A stretch of 45,475 nt of DNA. Origin: Polyangiales bacterium. Lineage in GTDB: Bacteria; Myxococcota_A; Polyangia; Polyangiales; Polyangiaceae. Both the position numbers and the translations under genes were made by a program. The notes beneath the pieces were generated by a model. The model worked only from the letters and a program-made list of their open reading frames with translations, was not told where the DNA came from and searched no databases. Location of the stretch: the NCBI GenBank assembly GCA_038230375.1, contig JBBRNJ010000074.1:1-45475 (forward strand), read 5' to 3'. How positions within the stretch are numbered: position 1 is the stretch's first letter; each line of letters opens with the position of its first letter. Positions 19,159 to 29,398 of the stretch are shown here, piece by piece.

Positions 19159-21723
19159 ATGACTCCTCCCTTCCTCGCGCTCGATACGCCGCCGCCGCAC
19201 ATCCGCGCGGTCCGGACGGACGCGCCGCCGACGATCGATGGCGTGGTGAGCGAAGACGCATGGAAGAAGGCCGCGCGGTCCAGTGCGTTCACGCAGAAGT
19301 ACCCGACGTCCGGCGCTGAGCCGACCGAACACACGACGATGTTGGTGCTCTATGACGACGTCGCGCTCTACGTGGCGTTCGAGTGCGAGCAGACGAAGGC
19401 GGGCATCGTTCCGCACGTGTCCCGTCGCGATCGCCTGGTCGAGGCGGACCGCGTGGAGATCGACCTGGGGACGCGTGCCGACCACAAGAGCGCGTTCCGG
19501 TTCACCGTCAATACGGGCGGCGTGCTCACGGACGCGGTGCTCTTCAACGACACGGACTCCGCGTCCGACTGGGACGAGAACTGGGAGGCGCACGTCAGCA
19601 CGTCGTCGCACGGGTGGTCCGTGGAGATACTGATACCGCTACGCGTGCTCCGCTTCTCGACCGCGGACGTGCAGGCGTGGGATTTTCAGGCGCGCCGCTA
19701 CATCTCCGAGAAGCAGGAGATAGACGAGTGGAGCTACATCCCGCGGGAGGAAGCCGGCGAGGTGTCGCGCTACGGCAGGCTCGACGATCTGCGCGGGCTC
19801 CGCGCAGGCTTCCCCGTGGAGGTGAAGCCGTTCGTGCTCGGACGCTTTCGCAGACGAGACGCAGCATCCACGGAGCTCTCGAGCGGCACCGACTTCGCGG
19901 GGTCCGCGGGGCTGGATCTGAAGTGGCATCCAACGCAGTCGCTCACGCTCGACGTGGCGGTGAACCCAGACTTCGCGCAGGTCGAGGCGGATCAGCGCGT
20001 GCTGAACCTGTCGACGTTCGAGACGTACTACCCGGAGAAGCGCCCGTTCTTCCTGGAAGGGATCGACCTCTTCACCACGCCGCGACAGCTCGTGTACACG
20101 CGGCGCATCGGCCACGCGGCGGATCCGCCGAACCTTCGCGCCGGGCCGCCGTATGGAGAGCAACTGGTCAACGTGCCCGAGGCCGCGCCGGTGTACGGCG
20201 CCGTGAAGCTCCAGGGCGAGATCGCGCCGAAGTGGATCGCGGGGACGTTGCAGGCGCTCACGGGCGAGAACGACGTGAACGTGCAGCTCGCCGACGGCTC
20301 ACGGCAGAAGCGGCTGGCGGACCCGATGACGTCGTACAACGCCGTGCGCGTGAAGCGCGAGTTCGAAGGCAACGCGTACGTGGGCGCGCTCTTCACGCAG
20401 GTCGCGCGCGCGGAGCAGACGAGCGACACGCCGTACCTTCCGCCGGGCCCCACCGATGCGCCGAACGCCACGCGCCTTTGCCCGAGCACGAGCGCGACCT
20501 CCACCCCCGTCCTCACCGTGCCTGTCCGCGTCCCGCGCGGCGCGCGTTGTTTCAACGACGCATACGCAGGCAGCCTGGACTGGCGCTGGCGTTCGTCCGA
20601 AGGCGCGTGGGTGACCGGTGGTCAGGCCATCGCCACGAGCCTCCGCGAAGGCCCGAATCGACTCGTGCGCGACGGCACCGTGATCAGACCCGGCGACGTG
20701 GGCAGCGGCGCGTTCGCGTACCTCAACAAGGAGGGCGGCGAGCACTGGGTCGGCGATCTGCAGCTCGAATACGAGGGGCGAAAGCTGGACTACAACGACC
20801 TTGGCTACAACCAGCGCTCCAACGACTACCGCTGGCGCACGGACCTCGAGTACCGCGAAATGAAGCCGTGGTGGCGCCTGCTGGAGACGCACGCGCGCTT
20901 CGAATACTTCGGCCGCACCAATACCGACGGACTCTGGATCGGCGGTGGTTACCAGCTGAACCTGTCCGGCACGCTCGACAACTTCTGGCAGTTCTTCACG
21001 GAGGTCCACTACAGGCCAGCGTACTTCGACGATCGCGAGGTCGGCGACGGCACGGCGCTGGAGCGCGGCGGGGTGTGGGGCTATGAGCTGGAGCTCGCGA
21101 GCAACCCCGCAAAGCCCGTGAGCTTCAACTTGCAGACGCAATCGCAGGTCGTCGCGAGCGGTGGCTTCATGTTCAACGGCGGCGGCGGGCTCTTGCTCCG
21201 CGCGCTGCCCGCGCTCGATCTGGAGGTGCTGCCCACGGGGATCTACTCGGTCGGCGAGCCACGCTTCGCGAGCGGCGGCGCGGTGCCCGGGCAGTACCTG
21301 TTCGGCAAGCTCACGGCGAAGGCACTTGGCACCACGCTCCGCGCCACGTACGCGTTCACGCCGCAGCTCACGCTCCAGGCGTACAGCCAGCTCTTTCTCG
21401 CGTCCGGGCACTACACGGACCTCTCCGAGTTCGACTCCGCTGCTGGCAGTGGCGCGCGCACGGTGCGGCTGTCAGCGCTGCATCCATACGTGCTCGCGCC
21501 GCCACAGAACCCCGACTTCGAGCAGGGCGCGCTCAACGTGAACGTGGTGCTGCGCTGGGAGTACACGGTCGGCTCCACGTTGTTCTTCGTCTACACGCGC
21601 GCGCAGTCACCTGCGGTCGCGCTCGGCGCTGGAGACGCTGCGAATTTGCGCCTCGATCCGATCAGCCGCGCGCCGGCCGCCGACGTGGTGCTCGTGAAGC
21701 TGTCCTACTTCTTCGCGAGGTGA
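19159..21723 (+). CDS. CBM9-like/DUF5916 family outer-membrane protein
   Basis: P.IDG...W N-terminal domain, GWSVEILIP, NPDFAQVEAD, PEKRPFFLEG; C-terminal barrel ending VKLSYFF. Confidence 0.85.
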   Translation: MTPPFLALDTPPPHIRAVRTDAPPTIDGVVSEDAWKKAARSSAFTQKYPTSGAEPTEHTTMLVLYDDVALYVAFECEQTKAGIVPHVSRRDRLVEADRVEIDLGTRADHKSAFRFTVNTGGVLTDAVLFNDTDSASDWDENWEAHVSTSSHGWSVEILIPLRVLRFSTADVQAWDFQARRYISEKQEIDEWSYIPREEAGEVSRYGRLDDLRGLRAGFPVEVKPFVLGRFRRRDAASTELSSGTDFAGSAGLDLKWHPTQSLTLDVAVNPDFAQVEADQRVLNLSTFETYYPEKRPFFLEGIDLFTTPRQLVYTRRIGHAADPPNLRAGPPYGEQLVNVPEAAPVYGAVKLQGEIAPKWIAGTLQALTGENDVNVQLADGSRQKRLADPMTSYNAVRVKREFEGNAYVGALFTQVARAEQTSDTPYLPPGPTDAPNATRLCPSTSATSTPVLTVPVRVPRGARCFNDAYAGSLDWRWRSSEGAWVTGGQAIATSLREGPNRLVRDGTVIRPGDVGSGAFAYLNKEGGEHWVGDLQLEYEGRKLDYNDLGYNQRSNDYRWRTDLEYREMKPWWRLLETHARFEYFGRTNTDGLWIGGGYQLNLSGTLDNFWQFFTEVHYRPAYFDDREVGDGTALERGGVWGYELELASNPAKPVSFNLQTQSQVVASGGFMFNGGGGLLLRALPALDLEVLPTGIYSVGEPRFASGGAVPGQYLFGKLTAKALGTTLRATYAFTPQLTLQAYSQLFLASGHYTDLSEFDSAAGSGARTVRLSALHPYVLAPPQNPDFEQGALNVNVVLRWEYTVGSTLFFVYTRAQSPAVALGAGDAANLRLDPISRAPAADVVLVKLSYFFAR

Positions 21724-21729
21724 TGAAGC

Positions 21730-22755
21730 TCAGTCCTTGCCAGCGTCGGAGGGAGCGCCCGCGTCCGTGGTGGAGACGCCCGCCGGTGCCGAGGCGCCCG
21801 TGGTGGCGGGGTGCTTCACCGCGGACCATGGCCCGCAGGTCGGGAGGCCAGGCAGCTTGGTGGCGCAAGACGTGGTCAGCGCGACGCCGACGGGGAGCGA
21901 CCGGTCCTTGCACCCGGAGCACGTCTTGGCGGTGCTGCACACGGCGCTGGGGAGCTTCAGGCGAGCGCCCTCTCGCGTGAACCCGGTGACGGCGTCGCCG
22001 TCGAGCGGAACAAGACATGCGCCACCGCTGCAGATGCCGCGGCCATCCTTCGTGACGATCGCGACGTTCGGCTCGCCAGTGGCGGGCGCGGGGATCGTAC
22101 AGTTTGCGTCCGGCGCCACCAGGGTTCCAGCCGCGAAGCAGCCCGAAGTGTCGAAGCATGCGCCGTCGCCAGCGGCGGTGCCGCCGCCGAACACAGCGCT
22201 CTCTTCGTAGGCGGGTAGCGCCGCAGAGCCCACGGACCAGTCGACGCACTGGCCCCCGATGCACGTGGTCCCTTCGGGGCAGAGGCCCGCGACGTACCCC
22301 GTCGCGTCGACGTCGGCGGTCCCGACGCAGAGCCACTCGAGGTGCAGGCGGAGCAGCCCGACGCGGTCCCTGGGAATCGTGGTGACGGCCTCACGATTGA
22401 CGAGGGGCGATCCCACTGGTGATGCGGCACCGCCCGCGATGCCAATGGATGCGCGGACGAGGACGGTGTCGGCGCCGCCAGAGGGCGACGAGTGTTCGAC
22501 GATCGCGAGGGTGGTGGGGAACGACAGCGGCAGGCCCGGCTGGCCGAACTCCGTGAAAGTCGTGTTGTACGGCTTCACGCCGCCTGTCGGCTGCACCTCG
22601 ATCTGCAGCCGATCGAAGTCCTTGCCAGGCGCGAGATCGGTGTCGATCGCGATGAGCAGACCGGCGGTCGGCGCGCTCTTGGTCGCGCAGGCAGCGGCGA
22701 GGAGGCCGCACGTCGCGAGCGTGGCGAGCGCCCCGAGAACGGATCGGCGGCTCAT
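21730..22755 (-). CDS. Cys-rich lipoprotein (kinase operon)
   Basis: LAAAC lipobox; many paired Cys; 4-nt overlap with the upstream PEGA gene. Confidence 0.75.
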   Translation of the reverse strand: MSRRSVLGALATLATCGLLAAACATKSAPTAGLLIAIDTDLAPGKDFDRLQIEVQPTGGVKPYNTTFTEFGQPGLPLSFPTTLAIVEHSSPSGGADTVLVRASIGIAGGAASPVGSPLVNREAVTTIPRDRVGLLRLHLEWLCVGTADVDATGYVAGLCPEGTTCIGGQCVDWSVGSAALPAYEESAVFGGGTAAGDGACFDTSGCFAAGTLVAPDANCTIPAPATGEPNVAIVTKDGRGICSGGACLVPLDGDAVTGFTREGARLKLPSAVCSTAKTCSGCKDRSLPVGVALTTSCATKLPGLPTCGPWSAVKHPATTGASAPAGVSTTDAGAPSDAGKD

Positions 22756-23693
22756 GGGAACGAGTATGTCCCCAGCGTGCCGCGAGGATCGCTCGGCGAC
22801 GACGGGCTCTGCTTGAAGAGGAAGTAACCGCCGATCGTGGCACCGATCGCCGCCACGAGGACTCCGCCGCCGACGTACCACCACGTGTGATCGCCCTGCG
22901 GGGACGCTGCGAGGTGCAGGTCCACGGTGCGTGCCTCGCCGTCCTTGATCTCCACGGCCTGGTCGCGGCTCGGCTTGCCCTGCGCTGTCACCGCGACCTG
23001 ATGAGTGCCGCTCTGGACGTTGCCGCCCCACTCGCCGCGACCCATGAGCACGCCATCCACCCAGATGGACTCCGACGGGCCCGCGGACACCACGAGGTGC
23101 CCTTCATGGTTCTCGCGAGCGAGCTCCAGTACCCACGACACCGCGCCGCCCGCGGGAACGGTCTCGACGCGTGCGACGCTGACGTAGCCCGCACGGGTCC
23201 CGCGGATACGGTGCTCGCCGCCGTCCACGAAGAGCGCCTTCGCGAACGGAGTGGAGCCGACGAGCTCGTCGTCCACGAAGAGCTGCACGCCGTCGAGCGC
23301 GCTCGTGACCGTCACGGTCCCGACGAGCGTCTTCATGGCGTTGATGAAGTCCTGGGCCTCGCGCCGCTCGGCGTCGGAGAGGATGCTTCCACCCGCGGCC
23401 AGGTACCTGTCCACCAGGTTCAGCGCGCGCGCGTGATGACCGAGCTTCTTTTCGCAGGCGGCCAGGTTCCAGAACAACCGCGGATCGGGCTCGAGCTTCT
23501 GCGCGCGCGTGAGTGCATCCACGCAGCCCTTGAAGTCACCCGCCTTGAAGAGGCGGCGCGCCTCGTCGTAGGCGCTCTTGGCCTCGCCGTGCAGGCTGTC
23601 GGCGAGGGACGTCGCGTGCGGTGACTGCGCCTCCGCGCTTCCCGCGATCGAGAGCGCGAAGGACACGACGACGAGCGCGAGGGGGCGCCTCAT
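22752..23693 (-). CDS. TPR + PEGA domain membrane-anchored protein
   Basis: Signal peptide, TPR helices (AYDEARRLF...LFWNLAACE), PEGA repeats (VDDELVGSTP; VDGVLMG), C-terminal TM (WWYVGGG). Confidence 0.85.
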   Translation of the reverse strand: MRRPLALVVVSFALSIAGSAEAQSPHATSLADSLHGEAKSAYDEARRLFKAGDFKGCVDALTRAQKLEPDPRLFWNLAACEKKLGHHARALNLVDRYLAAGGSILSDAERREAQDFINAMKTLVGTVTVTSALDGVQLFVDDELVGSTPFAKALFVDGGEHRIRGTRAGYVSVARVETVPAGGAVSWVLELARENHEGHLVVSAGPSESIWVDGVLMGRGEWGGNVQSGTHQVAVTAQGKPSRDQAVEIKDGEARTVDLHLAASPQGDHTWWYVGGGVLVAAIGATIGGYFLFKQSPSSPSDPRGTLGTYSFP

Positions 23694-25123
23694 CGAAAGT
23701 CGATGTCCATGGGGTTCTTCGGCTTGCCGACCGGCACGTTGGGGCGCTGGCCTCCGGGCGCGCGTGGTTCGGTCGTGGTGCGTGCGGCGATGGACGCGTC
23801 CGCACCCGCATCTGCGTCCGCACCTGTCGCGGCCTCCGACGGCGCGGTCGCAGGCGGGAGACGGAGCGCCGATGGCGCGTCGGGAAGCTCACGCGCGATC
23901 GGCGAGCCCACCGCCGCGTCGTCCACGTTGCGTCCCTGTCGCACGACCACGCCAATGCCCGTCGCCACCGCGACAACACCGATGCCGATCGCGAGCCACG
24001 GCCTGCGCGGCGCCGGTCTTGTGGCTGCGGGCGGTGACGATCTCTTGCCCAGGGTGCTTGCGTACTCCGTGGACATCGCGCGCTCGAGAGCGTTTTCCTG
24101 CGGCCCGTGGAGTGATGCTGTTGCCAGCGCCGTGTCAGCGCGCGCCGCGTCCGCGTCGTGGGCCACGGGGCCGGTGGAGGCGCTTGATGTGGCGCCAGAG
24201 GACTCCGATTCGCCACGCAACTCTGCGGTTCGAACCACGCGCAGCGCGCCAGCAGAGCCCTCGCGCGCGAACGGCGCGAGATCCCTGGCGAGGTCCGCCA
24301 CGCTCGCATAGCGGGCGCTCCTGTCCTTCTCGAGGCAACGAAGCACGATGCGCTCCATGGCCTCCGGCGCATCCGAGCGAACGGACCGAAGGCGAGCCGG
24401 CGGATCCGCGGCGATGCGCGCTGCCAGGGCCGCCATGCCCATCGCCTCGAACGGGAGCTGCCCGGTGAGGAGCTGGTGCAAGACCACACCCAGCGACCAG
24501 ATGTCCGTGGAGCCATCCACGCTCGCCGCGTCCTTCAGCTGCTCGGGCGACATGTACGAAGGCGAGCCGATGATCGACGTGGGCATGGTGACGAGCTGCT
24601 CGCCCGGCACGGCGACGTCGACTGCCTTCGAGATCCCAAAGTCCAGGATCTTCACCAGCGGCGTCCCGTCCGCGCGCCTCGTGAGGAACAGGTTCGCCGG
24701 CTTCAAGTCGCGATGGACGATGCCGAGGGCATGCGCCTCCGCAAGGCCGGCGCATACCTGGAGCACGTAGCTCGCCGCGTCCTCCACGGAGAGCGCGCCT
24801 GTCTTCGTCAAGTGCTGGTACAGATCCGTGCCGGTCAGGTACTCCATGACCAGGAACGGCTGCCCGTCTTCGCTGTCGTCCACGTCGAGGATTCGCACCG
24901 CGTGCTCGCTCTGCAATTTCGAAGCCGCGCGCGCCTCCCGCGCGAAGCGCAGCACCACGTCGGGTACGTTCTGCGCCTCAGCGCGAAGGACCTTGATCGC
25001 GACCTCGCGCGACATGCGCAGGTGCGTGGCCAGCACCACGGTGCCCATGCCACCCGTGCCGAGCACGCGCTCCACGCGGTATTTTCCCCGCAATACCTCT
25101 CCGGGTTTCGGATCGAAGCCCAT
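23690..25123 (-). CDS. Hanks-type Ser/Thr protein kinase with a TM segment
   Basis: GTGGMG, VAIK, HRDLKPAN, DFG, GSPSYMSPEQ, DIWSLG; start 25123 or 25144. Confidence 0.95.
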   Translation of the reverse strand: MGFDPKPGEVLRGKYRVERVLGTGGMGTVVLATHLRMSREVAIKVLRAEAQNVPDVVLRFAREARAASKLQSEHAVRILDVDDSEDGQPFLVMEYLTGTDLYQHLTKTGALSVEDAASYVLQVCAGLAEAHALGIVHRDLKPANLFLTRRADGTPLVKILDFGISKAVDVAVPGEQLVTMPTSIIGSPSYMSPEQLKDAASVDGSTDIWSLGVVLHQLLTGQLPFEAMGMAALAARIAADPPARLRSVRSDAPEAMERIVLRCLEKDRSARYASVADLARDLAPFAREGSAGALRVVRTAELRGESESSGATSSASTGPVAHDADAARADTALATASLHGPQENALERAMSTEYASTLGKRSSPPAATRPAPRRPWLAIGIGVVAVATGIGVVVRQGRNVDDAAVGSPIARELPDAPSALRLPPATAPSEAATGADADAGADASIAARTTTEPRAPGGQRPNVPVGKPKNPMDIDFR

Positions 25124-25150
25124 CTCGCGCCCCAAGACTAGCATGCCTGT

Positions 25151-26560
25151 ATGATCCCTGGACCCCAGGGGAGGAGCCCGCACGTGAGCCACGATCGCAC
25201 CATCGAGTGGAACCTTGTCAGCGGACCGGGTGAGAAGAACGCGGTGCCCCTGAAGGTGGTCGTCACCAGCGGACCTGACGAAGGGCGCGAGGTGCCGCTC
25301 TCGACGCTGCTCGAGGTCGGCTCCGACACGGGCGCCGGCCTGGTGTTGCAGGACCCCGCGGTGTCGAAGAAACACCTCCTTTTCTCGGTCGGTGGCGGCA
25401 AGGTGGTGGTGAAGGATCTCGGCAGCCGGAACGGATCCTTCTTCGGCGGCGCGCGCATCAAGGAGATCGAGCTGCCCGTGGGCGCGGTGGTCCGCGTGGG
25501 CCAGACGGAGCTCGCCGTGCAGCTGCGGTGGCACGTGCGCGAGGTGCCACCGTCCAATGCGAGGCAGTTCGGCGAGCTGTTCGGCGAGTCAGTCGCGATG
25601 CGCGAGGTGTTCGCCATCCTTGAGCGCGCGGCGCTATCCGACGTACCCGTCCTCATCGAGGGCGAGAGCGGCACCGGCAAGGAGCTCGCGGCGCGCTCGC
25701 TCCATCATGCCTCTGCGCGCAAGAAGGCGCCGTACGTGGTCTTCGACTGTGGGTCGGTGCCCGCGGAGCTGGCCGAGAGCGAGCTGTTCGGGCACAAGCG
25801 CGGGGCGTTCTCCGGCGCCACGTCTGATCGCGCAGGCGCGTTCCAGGAGGCGCACGGAGGGACGCTGTGCCTGGACGAGCTAGGCGAGCTGCCGCTCGAT
25901 CTGCAGCCAAAGTTGCTGCGCGTGCTCGAGAGCGGCGAGGTGAAGCCAGTGGGCGCGGACTTGTCGAAGAAGCTCGACGTGCGGGTCGTCGCGTCGACAA
26001 ACCGCGATCTGCTCGCCGAGTCGAAGCGGGGGAGATTTCGCAGCGATCTCTACTACCGGCTCGAGGTGGTGCGCGTGCTGATGCCGGCGCTCCGCAAGCG
26101 GCCAGAGGACATCCCAGGGCTGGTGACGAAGATCCTCGCAGGCAAGCTGCCCGATGGTGATCAGATCACCGGTCAGAACCTGAGGAAGCTCGTCGGCTAC
26201 GCATGGCCCGGTAACGTGCGCGAGCTACGGAATGCGCTCGCGCGCGCCGTCGCACTGGGGCAGGCGCCCGGGAAGCCACCTGCTTCGTTCGCGGGCCTGG
26301 TCTTCAACATGGGCCCGGCGTCGTCGATGCCGCTGACGCTCGGGGGCGAGATGCCCGGCGTGTCGTCGGATGTACCTTACAAGGAAGCGAAGGAGCAGCT
26401 GCTGCAGGGCTTCGAGCAGCTCTACGTGTCGTCGCTTCTGGATCGCCACCACGGCCACGTCACGAAGGCCGCCGCCGCCGCGGGCCTCAGCCGAAAGCAC
26501 CTGTACGAGCTGATGCGAAGGACGCAGCTTCCGGACGACGGCTCCGGCGAGCCGGAGTGA
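25151..26560 (+). CDS. FHA-domain sigma54-dependent enhancer-binding protein
   Basis: FHA (DPAVSKKH, DLGSRNG), [29 protein letters not shown], Fis-type HTH; start may be GTG 25184. Confidence 0.93.
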   Translation: MIPGPQGRSPHVSHDRTIEWNLVSGPGEKNAVPLKVVVTSGPDEGREVPLSTLLEVGSDTGAGLVLQDPAVSKKHLLFSVGGGKVVVKDLGSRNGSFFGGARIKEIELPVGAVVRVGQTELAVQLRWHVREVPPSNARQFGELFGESVAMREVFAILERAALSDVPVLIEGESGTGKELAARSLHHASARKKAPYVVFDCGSVPAELAESELFGHKRGAFSGATSDRAGAFQEAHGGTLCLDELGELPLDLQPKLLRVLESGEVKPVGADLSKKLDVRVVASTNRDLLAESKRGRFRSDLYYRLEVVRVLMPALRKRPEDIPGLVTKILAGKLPDGDQITGQNLRKLVGYAWPGNVRELRNALARAVALGQAPGKPPASFAGLVFNMGPASSMPLTLGGEMPGVSSDVPYKEAKEQLLQGFEQLYVSSLLDRHHGHVTKAAAAAGLSRKHLYELMRRTQLPDDGSGEPE

Positions 26561-26564
26561 GCAC

Positions 26565-26612
26565 GCCACGCGCAGGTAACGCAGTCCGGTGCTCCCGTTA
26601 CCTCGCGGTGAC
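26565..26612. promoter_or_regulatory. Two GTYACC-N4-GGTRAC-like enhancer sites
   Basis: GCCACG-CGCA-GGTAAC (26565) and GTTACC-TCGC-GGTGAC (26597). Confidence 0.65.
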
Positions 26613-26652
26613 AGATCTGCCCGCGCGGCGCTTTTCTTCGGCCTTTGCGCGC

Positions 26653-26668
26653 TGGCACGAAGGCTGCT
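26653..26668 (+). promoter_or_regulatory. sigma54 promoter of the 26721-28889 operon
   Basis: TGGCACGAAGGCTGCT, i.e. GG-N10-GC. Confidence 0.75.
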
Positions 26669-26720
26669 GATTCTCTGGTGCCGGGCCCCTCACCAACGAA
26701 TCACGCGAGCGATCACCACC

Positions 26721-27818
26721 ATGAACTTTGTGACCAATGAGCTTCGTGGCGCTGTCTTCCTGTCGATGGTTTCGCTCGCGGGCTGCGGGTCCACCGTGCA
26801 GTCGGGCGCAGGAACGGGCGCCACCGGTGACACGGACGGTGGCCTGCCCAGCGCGGATGGTAGCGTTGGTCCCGACGGCGGCGCGGCGTCTCTCCCGCTG
26901 AGCATTCTGGCCGATGTAGATCTTCCGGGACCCTCGACGCGCTTCGACTACCAGGAGATCGACGCAGCGAACGGGCGTCTCGTGATCGCTCACATGAACA
27001 ACGCGTCGGTGCTCTTCGTCAAGATCGCGGACGGCTCGCTGCTGAAGGAGCTGTCCGGCATTCCGACCCCGCGCGGTGTCGCCGTCGCAGACGACGTGGG
27101 GCTCACGTTCATCACGAGCACGCCCGGCACCCTGGTGCTGGTGGACAACGCCACGCTGATGGAGAAGAAGCGTGTGCAGACCGGCAAGTCACCTGACGGT
27201 GTCGCGTGGGATCCGGCTCACAAGGTCGTGGGTGTGTCCGATCAGGGTGACGGTGCGATCTCCCTCATCCCCGACTCCGGAAGCGGCGCGCGCGTGCAGG
27301 TGCCGCTTGGCACCGAGACGGGCAACGTGGTCTACGATGCGGCGCGCGCCGTCTTCTGGATCACGGTCGTCGCCGGGTCTCCGCCGGACAAACTGGTCGC
27401 GGTGGATCCAGTGGCTGCGAAGGTCACGACGTCGATCGACCTTCCCGGATGCGACGGCGCGCACGGCCTTCGCATCCACCCCGACGGCCAGAGCGCGTTC
27501 ATCGCGTGCGAGGGGAACGACATGCTCGCCCGCGTGGAGCTGGGCGACGCGCACGCCGTGTCGCTGGCTGCAACCGGCAGCGGTCCCGACGTGCTCTCGA
27601 TCGACCCAGGTTTTTCATGGCTCTACGTCGCTGCGGAGAGCGGTGATCTGACTGTGTTCGACATCAGCAAGCCTGGCGTTGTGCTGCTGGGACACGATCA
27701 CCCAGGTGGGAACTCCCATTCCGTCGCGGCGGATCCGGCGACCCATCGCGTATTCTTCCCGCTCACCGCAGGGCCGAAGGGCACGCCCGTACTGCGCATC
27801 ATGCAGCCCGCAGAGTGA
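26721..27818 (+). CDS. YncE/YVTN-like beta-propeller lipoprotein
   Basis: LAGC lipobox; RFDY, PRGVAV, PDGVAWD, GNVVYD, CDGAHGL, GPDVL and HSVA blades. Confidence 0.82.
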   Translation: MNFVTNELRGAVFLSMVSLAGCGSTVQSGAGTGATGDTDGGLPSADGSVGPDGGAASLPLSILADVDLPGPSTRFDYQEIDAANGRLVIAHMNNASVLFVKIADGSLLKELSGIPTPRGVAVADDVGLTFITSTPGTLVLVDNATLMEKKRVQTGKSPDGVAWDPAHKVVGVSDQGDGAISLIPDSGSGARVQVPLGTETGNVVYDAARAVFWITVVAGSPPDKLVAVDPVAAKVTTSIDLPGCDGAHGLRIHPDGQSAFIACEGNDMLARVELGDAHAVSLAATGSGPDVLSIDPGFSWLYVAAESGDLTVFDISKPGVVLLGHDHPGGNSHSVAADPATHRVFFPLTAGPKGTPVLRIMQPAE

Positions 27819-27827
27819 GCAACCCAC

Positions 27828-28889
27828 ATGAGAGATCACCATCACGGACTCCTCGCCGCGCTCGCGCTCGTGGGCGGCTGCAGCGCGCACGGCAACGCCT
27901 CGGATCCAGTGGCCTCCTCCGCTGACGCGTCAGGTGACACGACCGTCCAGCTGCCCGGCGGCGAGGTTGGCATCGGTCTCGACGATCTGCGCTTCTCCGC
28001 GCGGCTCGGGCGCATCGTGTCGCCGTCGGGGCGCACGGGCAGGGTCAACCTGGTGGACCCCGCGTCGCTGGCGGTCACGAGCATCGGCGGATTCACGGCG
28101 TTCGACCGCTTCGACGGGAGCGATCAGCAAGGCGTTGAGTCCGCCGACGAGGGCGCCGGCTTCGTCTTCGCGGTCGATCGCACGAACCTGACGGTGTCCG
28201 TTGTCGATCCCACGACGGGCACCATCGTCGCGACGACGCAGCTGGACGCGACCGAGCCCGACTACATCCGGTACGTGGAGTCGACCTCGGAGGTATGGAT
28301 CTCGAACCCCGGTAGAAGCACGATCAGCGTGCTCGCGATTCCAAAGACTGGCACGCCCACGCCCATGCAGGCGGCCGTGATCCCCATTCCGGGTGGCGTC
28401 GAAGGGCTCACGATCGACAACACCCGATCTCGCGCCTACACGCACGACCCGTCCGGCAACATCGTCGCGGTGGACCTGAAGACACGCTCCGTGGTCGCCA
28501 CGTGGCCCACGGGCTGCACGTCCACGCACGGTATCCCCGCCATCGACGAGAAGCGTGGCTTCCTGTTCGCAGGCTGCGGCAGCGCGGAGACCAACGTGCT
28601 CGCCCTGGACCAGGACGGAAAGCGTGTGGGTGGCTACAAGCTTGGCTCGGGCGCCACGATCATGGCGTACTCACCGAGCCTTCGGCATTTCTACATGCGC
28701 GGCGACCCAGGTGCGCCGATCGCGATCCTCGCGGTCTCGGACGCGGGCGCTCTCTCGCTCCTCGGCACGCTCACCACGACGAACAAGGGCCATTGCATGG
28801 CCGCTGACGACAACGCGAACCTCTGGGTCTGCGACTGGAAGGACGGCAAGCTGCTTCGATTCGCCGACCCATATCCCGCCGGCGGCTGA
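27828..28889 (+). CDS. YncE/YVTN-like beta-propeller lipoprotein, paralog of 16661-17683
   Basis: VGGC lipobox; GIGLDDLRFS, PDYIRY, RAYTH, WPTGC, HC..ADD...WVCD, DPYP. Confidence 0.82.
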   Translation: MRDHHHGLLAALALVGGCSAHGNASDPVASSADASGDTTVQLPGGEVGIGLDDLRFSARLGRIVSPSGRTGRVNLVDPASLAVTSIGGFTAFDRFDGSDQQGVESADEGAGFVFAVDRTNLTVSVVDPTTGTIVATTQLDATEPDYIRYVESTSEVWISNPGRSTISVLAIPKTGTPTPMQAAVIPIPGGVEGLTIDNTRSRAYTHDPSGNIVAVDLKTRSVVATWPTGCTSTHGIPAIDEKRGFLFAGCGSAETNVLALDQDGKRVGGYKLGSGATIMAYSPSLRHFYMRGDPGAPIAILAVSDAGALSLLGTLTTTNKGHCMAADDNANLWVCDWKDGKLLRFADPYPAGG

Positions 28890-28911
28890 TCGCGTCCTTG
28901 TGCTTCGTTCC

Positions 28912-29358
28912 TCAGGGCACGACTTCGATGGCGCCCGTCATGCTCTGGTGGTTGCCGCAGAGGTAACCGAACGTGCCGGCCTTGGGGAACGTGACAATGA
29001 CGCTCGTCGAGGTACCGGCATCCTCGATCGTGATCGTGGAGATCGGATTCGGGCTGTCGCCCCCTGTGCCGGTGAGCGGGTGCTTGCCGAAGTCGCCCGT
29101 GAACTTCACCTTGGCGCCGACCTTGATCTTCACGCAGCGATTCGGGTCGGTCGCGATCGCGAAGTCCCAGACAAGGTCTGTCTCTGCGCCGGTGGTGTCA
29201 TCGGCGAAGGTCGTGCAACCGTTGATTGCGCTGACGCCGGAGTCGGCGCCAACGCCAGAATCGGTGCCCGCGTTGGTCCCCCCACCGGAGCTGGTCGACG
29301 AGCAGCCCCAGAGGGAAACCATCATGAGGGAGAACGATGTGACGGCGAGTATTCTCAT
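28912..29358 (-). CDS. Cupredoxin (plastocyanin/azurin-like) lipoprotein
   Basis: LWGC lipobox; upstream His (KHPL) and C-terminal GTFGYLCGNHQSMTG type-1 copper loop; start may be 29370. Confidence 0.85.
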   Translation of the reverse strand: MRILAVTSFSLMMVSLWGCSSTSSGGGTNAGTDSGVGADSGVSAINGCTTFADDTTGAETDLVWDFAIATDPNRCVKIKVGAKVKFTGDFGKHPLTGTGGDSPNPISTITIEDAGTSTSVIVTFPKAGTFGYLCGNHQSMTGAIEVVP

Positions 29359-29398
29359 GCCGTCAGGCATAGCCGATCTCCGGATCATCGCGGAACGT

